A stretch of DNA of 32,000 nucleotides from an archaeon. GTDB lineage: Archaea > Asgardarchaeota > Thorarchaeia > Thorarchaeales > Thorarchaeaceae. The position numbers were made by a program, and so were the translations under genes. Positions 26,023-32,000 of this stretch are shown here, in pieces (position 1 is the first letter of the stretch; every line of letters starts with the position of its first letter). The notes under the pieces are model-generated. The model was not told the DNA's origin, searched no databases, and saw nothing but the letters and a program-made list of their open reading frames with translations. The stretch spans positions 9,914-41,913 of the forward strand of contig JAJRZD010000125.1 in NCBI GenBank assembly GCA_024275415.1, read 5' to 3'.

Positions 26023-26139
26023 CTAATGACACTCGGAGCGGATGCCAATTGGAAGGATCCCGGCCCGGACATAGTGCCAGGCAAGGAATGTTAGGAGAGC
26101 AACAAGCACTAGCACAATTGCTCCAGCGTATCTCACCAT
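26023..26139 (-). CDS. Putative 38-aa single-TM small protein
   Basis: Manual translation MVRYAGAIVLVLVALLTFLAWHYVRAGILPIGIRSECH. Starts 11 nt after the upstream stop, with AAGGT directly before the ATG. Confidence 0.4.
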   Translation of the reverse strand: MVRYAGAIVLVLVALLTFLAWHYVRAGILPIGIRSECH

Positions 26140-26150
26140 TACCTTATTGC

Positions 26151-27074
26151 TCAACTTTGTCCTCCTTCCGGTAACTCGCTTTCCGCAGATGAAGTCGTGG
26201 ATCTTTGCTCTCTTGCTCGAATCATCCTGTCTGAATCAACGAATCCCTTGTACAGCAAGAAAACACCAATTACCTCTCCAATGTATAACACATTTCCAAA
26301 TGCCGCACCACTCCTAGCGATGGCACCTGCAATAGCAATGGCCAGACCTCCTAACGCTATCCAGAGGTTGAACTTGAACCCGGTTTTAAGGTATGAAAAG
26401 AACGCCACCCCGATAAGAAGGAACCCTCCAGAAACCGTCATCAATGGCGAGAAGTTCCGTACATGCTGTGCCATCGCATGACCTGCCACTGCGATACCTG
26501 CTACGAAATTCTCCTCATAGACCTCAGCGACCATGGCATAGGCTCCCATCCATATCGTAGCAATCACTGCAAAGATCAGATAGATGTGACCATGGAGCAT
26601 TTTCTTCTCTTTGCCAGTTCTGCCCTTGCCATAGAGCAATGCTGCTACCACCAGTATCGAATACACGCCAATGCCCGCGACGGGATATTCCATGGCACCG
26701 AACACCAATACTGAGTAGTCTGTGATGGAGCTAAGGGTCATCATCCATGAGAACAGCGCAATGATTGCGAGCAGAACCGCATCTATAGCAATCAGCCCCT
26801 TTGTTGAGAAGACGTTCTTGCTGAGAACAAGATAGAGTGCTCCGGCTCCCATGATTGCGACCTGAGATGCAGATAGTACGAGATAGAACCTATATATCAA
26901 CACGTTCCATCCTATAAACTCTGAGAGTGCCTCAAATGCTGCTGTCAGAGCGAAAAGCACCAATGAGATGAACCATACGAATTGATAGATTCTTTTCCGC
27001 CTCTGCCATTGTTTGAAAAGAAGATACGTGAAAAGAATCGCAACTGTTGTTGTGATCAATGGGAATATTGACAT
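26151..27074 (-). CDS. Hypothetical polytopic membrane protein (about 9 TM)
   Basis: About nine hydrophobic segments, GW...YRFY and VRNFSPL motifs. Start MSIFP at 27074 chosen because the longer ORF overlaps the TrmB region. Confidence 0.8.
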   Translation of the reverse strand: MSIFPLITTTVAILFTYLLFKQWQRRKRIYQFVWFISLVLFALTAAFEALSEFIGWNVLIYRFYLVLSASQVAIMGAGALYLVLSKNVFSTKGLIAIDAVLLAIIALFSWMMTLSSITDYSVLVFGAMEYPVAGIGVYSILVVAALLYGKGRTGKEKKMLHGHIYLIFAVIATIWMGAYAMVAEVYEENFVAGIAVAGHAMAQHVRNFSPLMTVSGGFLLIGVAFFSYLKTGFKFNLWIALGGLAIAIAGAIARSGAAFGNVLYIGEVIGVFLLYKGFVDSDRMIRAREQRSTTSSAESELPEGGQS

Positions 27075-27143
27075 TATTGTCTGCAATTTCTCACCTTCTT
27101 GATTATGCGAGCTGTTAAGAGAGATTAATAAGACCACATCACT

Positions 27144-27950
27144 TTGTTGTTGCAACGTGGTGCAACAGCATTGGCCGGCTTCGACTTTCATCGTACAGTT
27201 CTGAAAGACTCCTCCATTGAAAGACATGATATTGTCTTTGAGGTTTCTCGGGTGTTCGGTCTTACTACCAATGAGGCCCGAATCTATCTAGTACTGATGA
27301 GGGGTTCTTCTTTCACAGCAAGCCAACTGAGTGATTTGACTGGTGTTCATAGGTCAAGAGTCTATGACAATCTGAAAGGGCTCGAAGGCAAAGGTCTCAT
27401 TACGTTGCTAGACGATGAACCACGACGCTACAGGGCATTACCCATTCAGAAAGGAGTAGACCACCTCATTTGCATGCTTGAGAGCGATTTCGTGAGGCGC
27501 AAAAAGGAAATAATGGATCTAGGATTGACCCTTGAAAGGATGTTTCACTCAGACTCACCCCCTATGAATTCTGCGTATACTATTTTGCCTCATCAGATCC
27601 TCGATGAACTCCTGAATCATCTCAAATCTGCAACGGAACGGGTCTGGGTGTGCAAGAAGACTGCCGGAGGTGTCTTGGACTGGTTCTCTCTGAAGAACGA
27701 ACTGGTTCGTCTTTCTTCACTGGGCGTTGACATACGTCTGCTGGGCAACACGCCAATCGAGATTGGCTTTCCCGTCCGGTACTGTCCCGAGCTTACGGTT
27801 TCATTCGCAGTCATCGATTCTCTCGTGATGTGCTTCCTTCTGGAACATGACTCGGACAAGCATGGTACGGCTGTTGTTTCTCGCCATAAGGAGTATGTTG
27901 AATTCCTCTCTGACACTTTTGTCAATTGGTGGGGCAGAGCAACAAGATGA
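27144..27950 (+). CDS. TrmB family transcriptional regulator
   Basis: FGLTTNEARIYLVL...ASQLSDLTGVHRSRVYDNLKGLEGKGLI wHTH, a coiled-coil, and a PLD-like effector domain. The true start is likely downstream of 27167. Confidence 0.88.
   Translation: MLLQRGATALAGFDFHRTVLKDSSIERHDIVFEVSRVFGLTTNEARIYLVLMRGSSFTASQLSDLTGVHRSRVYDNLKGLEGKGLITLLDDEPRRYRALPIQKGVDHLICMLESDFVRRKKEIMDLGLTLERMFHSDSPPMNSAYTILPHQILDELLNHLKSATERVWVCKKTAGGVLDWFSLKNELVRLSSLGVDIRLLGNTPIEIGFPVRYCPELTVSFAVIDSLVMCFLLEHDSDKHGTAVVSRHKEYVEFLSDTFVNWWGRATR
27148..27167. promoter_or_regulatory. Palindrome TGTTGCA-N6-TGCAACA, candidate operator for the adjacent TrmB-family regulator
   Basis: Perfect 7-6-7 inverted repeat between divergent genes, about 17 nt from TATA-like TTAATAA (27125-27131). 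Confidence 0.55.
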
Positions 27951-27986
27951 TATGAGATAAGACTCATCTTTTCGGCGTGAGATACT

Positions 27987-28448
27987 ATGTCCCAAGAACC
28001 GATCCAGGACAAATGGCCCGAGGAAGCCGCCTTTTGCTGGGGATGTGGCCAGAGGAATGAGCATGGGCTGCAATTGAGAAGCTATTGGGAGGACAACGAA
28101 ACAGTCGCTACGTGGATGCCGAAAGAGCATCATCTTGCTTTTCCAGGAATCCTTAATGGGGGAATCATCTCAACGATAATAGACTGCCATGGAACTGGAA
28201 CTGCAAATGCATACCATCACGAGGTTGGGGAACTGGAAACCCACTCTATGCATGTGACCGCGAGCCTGACCATACGATTCTTGAAGCCCACTCCGCTTGA
28301 TCACCCTGTCACGCTTCGTGCAAGGATCCGCGAAACCGACGGACGGAAGACGATAGTCGATTGTGATCTCTATGCCGGTGACGAGAAATGTGTCGTCGGG
28401 CAGATTGTGACAGTGAAAGTGGATGTTCGGGCATTCCTCGACCGATGA
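27987..28448 (+). CDS. PaaI-family hotdog-fold thioesterase
   Basis: CWGCGQRNEHGLQL, FPGILNGGIISTIIDCH, and VTASLTIRFLKPTPL. Confidence 0.88.
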   Translation: MSQEPIQDKWPEEAAFCWGCGQRNEHGLQLRSYWEDNETVATWMPKEHHLAFPGILNGGIISTIIDCHGTGTANAYHHEVGELETHSMHVTASLTIRFLKPTPLDHPVTLRARIRETDGRKTIVDCDLYAGDEKCVVGQIVTVKVDVRAFLDR

Positions 28449-28524
28449 GTGGATGGCACTATGACTGTTCCTTTTGGATGGAAGTCGTCCACAATGGAAA
28501 CACTTGATAGTCTACTTATTGCAG

Positions 28525-29139
28525 ATGATAGAGCAGGAGATTCTGTTGCACGATGAAGGGATTGTGTCTGGCATGTGGACAACTTGTCGAGGCAGAGGAG
28601 GTCGCCGGCGCTGGTCATGTGGTTCTTGTCAAGAGGTGCCCCGAGTACGGCGAGTCATGTGTCCTCTTATCTACTGATGCGACATACTGGAACTGATCCT
28701 TTAGGTACGATTGACCCGGCACATCCCTCTTCAAGTGAGGTGAAGGATGTTTGTCCTAACGACTGCGGCATCTGTCCATCCCATAAGCAATATTCTTGCG
28801 TCGGCATTATTGAAATTACTGAATCCTGTAATTTATGTTGTCCGATTTGTTTTGCAGACACCTTGTGTCGTAGTACTGTCCGGTCGTATATAAGCACCTT
28901 TTCCAAACTGTCTAGATTGTCAAGGCTATTTGTAGCTGCTAGCACCCCTCGTGAGAAGACCGAATGACCATGAGATTGGGCAACTCATAGAATACGGCGT
29001 CCGTCAACAAAGAGTGTTCGGGGTCAACTTCCAACCTCTCTCAATGACTGGCAGAGTTGGACTTCCGGATGCTGAGTCGCTGACAAGCGATGAGGTTCTG
29101 CGGAAGATTGAGGAACAGACCTCTTCACCTATTTCATGA
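28525..29139 (+). pseudogene. Decayed radical SAM gene (MJ0619/Tes-like family)
   Basis: Fragments lie in different frames: KGLCLACGQ...KRCPEYG...STDATYWN* (stop 28694), then CPNDCGICPSHKQYSC..IEITESCNLCCPICFAD, then NDHEIG...GVNFQP..GR...IEEQT. The barrel core is missing. Confidence 0.8.
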
Positions 29140-29173
29140 AAAACAAAAAGAACTCAGGCAATATGCCCGAGTT
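29140..29173 (-). terminator. Hairpin plus U-tract terminator downstream of the 73-aa gene
   Basis: Minus strand AACTCGGGCA-TAT-TGCCTGAGTT (one G-U pair), followed by CTTTTTGTTTTT. Confidence 0.6.
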
Positions 29174-29194
29174 TGTGGGACTAGTGGCACTGTA

Positions 29195-29416
29195 CTAAGT
29201 GACAGCACCAATGATTAATAGAAGAACTCCAATCCCTACCAATGCGAGCATGACCTCAGTGAAAACGTATCCTGCTAGACTGATTGAATAGATGCCTTGA
29301 TCGAAATATCCCAAGATCATACTAAGATCAACAATTCCAACAAGAAACGTTGCTAGGATTGGAAGAAGTCCAACGATTAACAAGATTATACCAAGGAGGG
29401 CTGCGCCTTTTCCCAT
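29195..29416 (-). CDS. Small 2-TM hypothetical membrane protein
   Basis: 73 aa with two hydrophobic helices, a GGATGTGA-like RBS, and its own terminator. Confidence 0.65.
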   Translation of the reverse strand: MGKGAALLGIILLIVGLLPILATFLVGIVDLSMILGYFDQGIYSISLAGYVFTEVMLALVGIGVLLLIIGAVT

Positions 29417-29521
29417 ATTATATCACATCCTCTCCGTTTTAGTATGACATACGCCTATTTCAATCTCACGACTCTTTGAAACTTCAAGTCTCTATCAAAA
29501 AAACTTGAAGGACTGTTAGGG

Positions 29522-30577
29522 CTATGGTTCATTGAAAAACCTTGTCAGGTACATATCCATCCACTTGTAAAAATCCGAAAAGAGAAGTCTGACCAATTCA
29601 AGGTCTACACGCTCCCGAAGGATGATGTCCACTACTGACTTCCTGAGGAATGGATAATAGTGTGGGAGCGGGAGGACATTCAATGGGAACTTTTTGGTCT
29701 GTGTCAGAAAGATGTTGATGCGCTCGATCCAGCGTGCATTCAGGATATCCTCTGAATAGTCCCAAGGGCTCTCCATTACCAATGAATCGATTTCAGCAAG
29801 GATTGGCGAGAACACCTTCAATTGGATGTGGTCAAAGGAGTACCCCTCTGAATCTACTTTCTCGTCTTCAGCAATTTTCCTGTAGAGATCTGCGAGGTCA
29901 TCTGACCCTGGCACCGTGTAGATGCCTCTTCGACGACTGATCATCTTCATCATCTCAGATGTGAGGGTTCTGTCTTTCTCCAAGATCGAGAACACATGGA
30001 TGAAGTGTTTCTTGTCCCAGTCTGGATCGTTATACAGAGTCTTGAAGGAGTTTATTGTCATGCGATATTCTTTTGGTAGCCTGAGCTCATGAGGGCTAGT
30101 TATACTCCAGACATTCATGAAGGTCAATGGGTCAAGGTCAAGTTTCATATCCACATCTACACGGAATATCGGGAAACAGTAGTTGCTATCAACGACAATC
30201 AAATCAGGTTCAAATGGAGTGCTTTCCTGTTCATCGGCAAACGCGCTTGCTGATTCGGTCACAATTCTAAGCATCTGCTCCGATGTCAGAGGCTTGAAGA
30301 TCTGTGGGCGAACCAGATGAAGTGTGTCACTAAGTGGGATGTAATGAGCGGTTCCAACACCCTCAAGGCTAAATGTAGTTTCATATTTCCTCTCATCTGT
30401 GAATCTAAGATGACGCATCGCTTGGAACAGGTCTTGGTTGGTGTGATTAATATCGATGGCTAACACCTTGAGAGGTGGGTCTTGTGATAGTCCCCAAGCG
30501 GCGATGTTGATCGTGATAGGGGTCTTCCCGCTACCTCCTTTGTTACTTGTCACAACAATCGTCTTTGGTCTTTTCAT
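29522..30577 (-). CDS. Divergent ParA/MinD-superfamily P-loop ATPase
   Basis: TSNKGGSGKT deviant Walker A, LAIDIN, and IVVDS Walker B. ATG 30577 lies 8 nt after GAGGTGA; GTG 30589 is an alternative start. Confidence 0.75.
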   Translation of the reverse strand: MKRPKTIVVTSNKGGSGKTPITINIAAWGLSQDPPLKVLAIDINHTNQDLFQAMRHLRFTDERKYETTFSLEGVGTAHYIPLSDTLHLVRPQIFKPLTSEQMLRIVTESASAFADEQESTPFEPDLIVVDSNYCFPIFRVDVDMKLDLDPLTFMNVWSITSPHELRLPKEYRMTINSFKTLYNDPDWDKKHFIHVFSILEKDRTLTSEMMKMISRRRGIYTVPGSDDLADLYRKIAEDEKVDSEGYSFDHIQLKVFSPILAEIDSLVMESPWDYSEDILNARWIERINIFLTQTKKFPLNVLPLPHYYPFLRKSVVDIILRERVDLELVRLLFSDFYKWMDMYLTRFFNEP

Positions 30578-30585
30578 TATCAGTA

Positions 30586-31524
30586 TCACCTCAATCTGAA
30601 GTATCCGAAGAGCAGGTCAAGCAGTGTTCCCCATCCAATGTAAAAGATGATGTCCGTGGCTATCTGGATAAGGATGACCCCAATGAATGCGATAAGGACC
30701 TTCCGGATGATGACATTCGGGGAGGAGAGCCTTCTTAGGTCGTGATATGACCTCTCCACAAGCCGCCGGTTTGAACTCATGTTCCTTGTAGCATCCTCAA
30801 GTTTGGCTTTTACATAGCCATTTTCATTATGAGAGAACATTGCTTCGTTCAGGAGAATCATATCATTGTCGAATCTGTGCAGGTATTCTTTGAGTGCATC
30901 AGACACCCGCATCCTATTCGCTTCTACCAGTGCTTCATACTTGGAGGTTTCATAGACAACGACCTTGATGACGCCCATAAGCACAATGAGTGTCCCAAGG
31001 CTCAGCGCGCTGTTAAGGAAGAAACCGACGTTCAAAACTGGGTTGTTCGGAAAGAACTCCTGAACGATTTGGAATCCTTGCACGCCGCTCAATTTGTAGA
31101 GGGCAATAAAGAAGAGTAGCCTTAGCGACAGCCATATCTTTGACAGGCTCAATCGCCACCATCGAGTCGTTGGTGTACCCCCAGCACTGAAAGGCCTGTG
31201 AATGAAGACCGAGAACACTATTCCTCCAGTGTTCACGATGAAGAAGAATGATATCATGATAAGCCCCAGCCCGATGGCCAGTCGGATCCAGCCCGTCACG
31301 CTGAGCACTCCTTGGGTCACCGTTTCAATCGCTTGCTGTAATTCTATGAAATCACCTTGTGCGATGGCACGTTGAATAGAAACCAGAAACGACTCATGGG
31401 TAAGAAGATACCCGATATAGAACACACTGAATAGGAGGACTGCTACGATAGACGCAACATTTGCTGCGAGAAAGAAATTCTCCAGCCGGCTACCCCTTCC
31501 AGTCGAATGCGCAGCAGAATTCAT
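30586..31524 (-). CDS. Hypothetical membrane protein (about 4 N-terminal TM, soluble helical segment, C-terminal TM)
   Basis: Hydropathy pattern by eye. Its stop is part of the RBS of the downstream ATPase. Confidence 0.75.
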   Translation of the reverse strand: MNSAAHSTGRGSRLENFFLAANVASIVAVLLFSVFYIGYLLTHESFLVSIQRAIAQGDFIELQQAIETVTQGVLSVTGWIRLAIGLGLIMISFFFIVNTGGIVFSVFIHRPFSAGGTPTTRWWRLSLSKIWLSLRLLFFIALYKLSGVQGFQIVQEFFPNNPVLNVGFFLNSALSLGTLIVLMGVIKVVVYETSKYEALVEANRMRVSDALKEYLHRFDNDMILLNEAMFSHNENGYVKAKLEDATRNMSSNRRLVERSYHDLRRLSSPNVIIRKVLIAFIGVILIQIATDIIFYIGWGTLLDLLFGYFRLR

Positions 31525-31636
31525 AGATCATGCGTTCCTGTGCATGTTGATGATGGCACATCATATCTTCTTTCACATTCAATATAATCATTATTTGTAA
31601 GAACCTCCCGAGAAGGATGCGAATCGCACAATTCCT

Positions 31637-32000
31637 CTATTCTGCAATCTTGTATCTTCCAGAACAGTCCCTCTCAACAAGATTCTCTGAGATGAGGTGC
31701 TGCAGAACAGATTCAAAGTCCTTCATGGTGCATGGGGCGTGTTCAAGCCTTGCGAACAGAGTCTGCATAGTCAATGACTCAGAACTAGTCAGAACTCGAA
31801 CGATTTCTCCGCGCATCTGTCTAATAGAGCCGTGGTATTTGGTTTGCTTTGATGTCGGTTGGATGCCTGTTTTGGATGATGTAAGGACTGTAGCCCCATA
31901 ATCCATCAAGGCATTGTGCCAGTCACTTGCTCGTCCTCTCGGCAGGATGTCCTCAGCTATCCGCTGCAACTTGAGGGCACTCGAGCGCTCATCTGCGAAA
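31637..32000 (-). CDS. mutY: MutY-like A/G-specific adenine glycosylase, C-terminal part (5' end outside window)
   Basis: AEDILPRGRASDWHNALMDYGATV and YHGSIRQMRGEIVRVL. Frame is open to the window edge. Confidence 0.75.
   Translation of the reverse strand, partial: FADERSSALKLQRIAEDILPRGRASDWHNALMDYGATVLTSSKTGIQPTSKQTKYHGSIRQMRGEIVRVLTSSESLTMQTLFARLEHAPCTMKDFESVLQHLISENLVERDCSGRYKIAE

Noticed and set aside
28575-28967. 130-aa ORF as an intact small Cys-rich protein
   Set aside because: It is a chimera of out-of-frame sequence and one fragment of the radical SAM pseudogene.
1-32000. DNA glycosylases at both ends of the window as a bounded island
   Set aside because: They are 31 kb apart and unrelated in fold; no att sites, integrase or terminal repeats were seen.

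Overview
Archaeal chromosomal window of about 50% GC. It is probably Asgard (Thorarchaeia-like), inferred from a longin-like gene, an archaeal ACDS cluster and GGAGG/GGTGA ribosome-binding sites. The core (6.5-23.1 kb) is a Wood-Ljungdahl/redox super-cluster. One arm is an HdrA-MvhD fusion with an 8-cluster FwdF polyferredoxin. The divergent arm is FeS-domain-FwdG, FwdB-like, cooC, cdhABCDE and a second cooC; an FwdD-like gene and a DUF166/DUF3786 pair adjoin it. The main observation is that the FwdB and FwdD homologues have both lost the residues needed for the W/Mo-bis-pterin active site (SVCHGP to SLGTSQ, MRGHYN to MFTEPN, TGRT to THDF), while every Fe-S wire is kept. FwdG carries an extra CdhE-type [4Fe-4S] domain, and fwdA/C, hdrBC and mvhAG are absent from the window. 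This suggests a repurposed non-catalytic Fwd scaffold linking HdrA flavin bifurcation to ACDS (inference). The flanks hold housekeeping and accessory genes: AlkZ-like glycosylase, nitroreductase, ICMT-family methyltransferase, histidine phosphatase, Grx-TrxR fusion, Cys-tailed longin, CoA-transferase-GNAT, TrmB with a 9-TM protein, PaaI thioesterase, a decayed radical SAM gene, a membrane protein plus ParA/MinD-like pair, and a MutY-like fragment. No rRNA, tRNA, CRISPR array or transposase was recognised. All family calls come from motif recognition by eye, not database searches.
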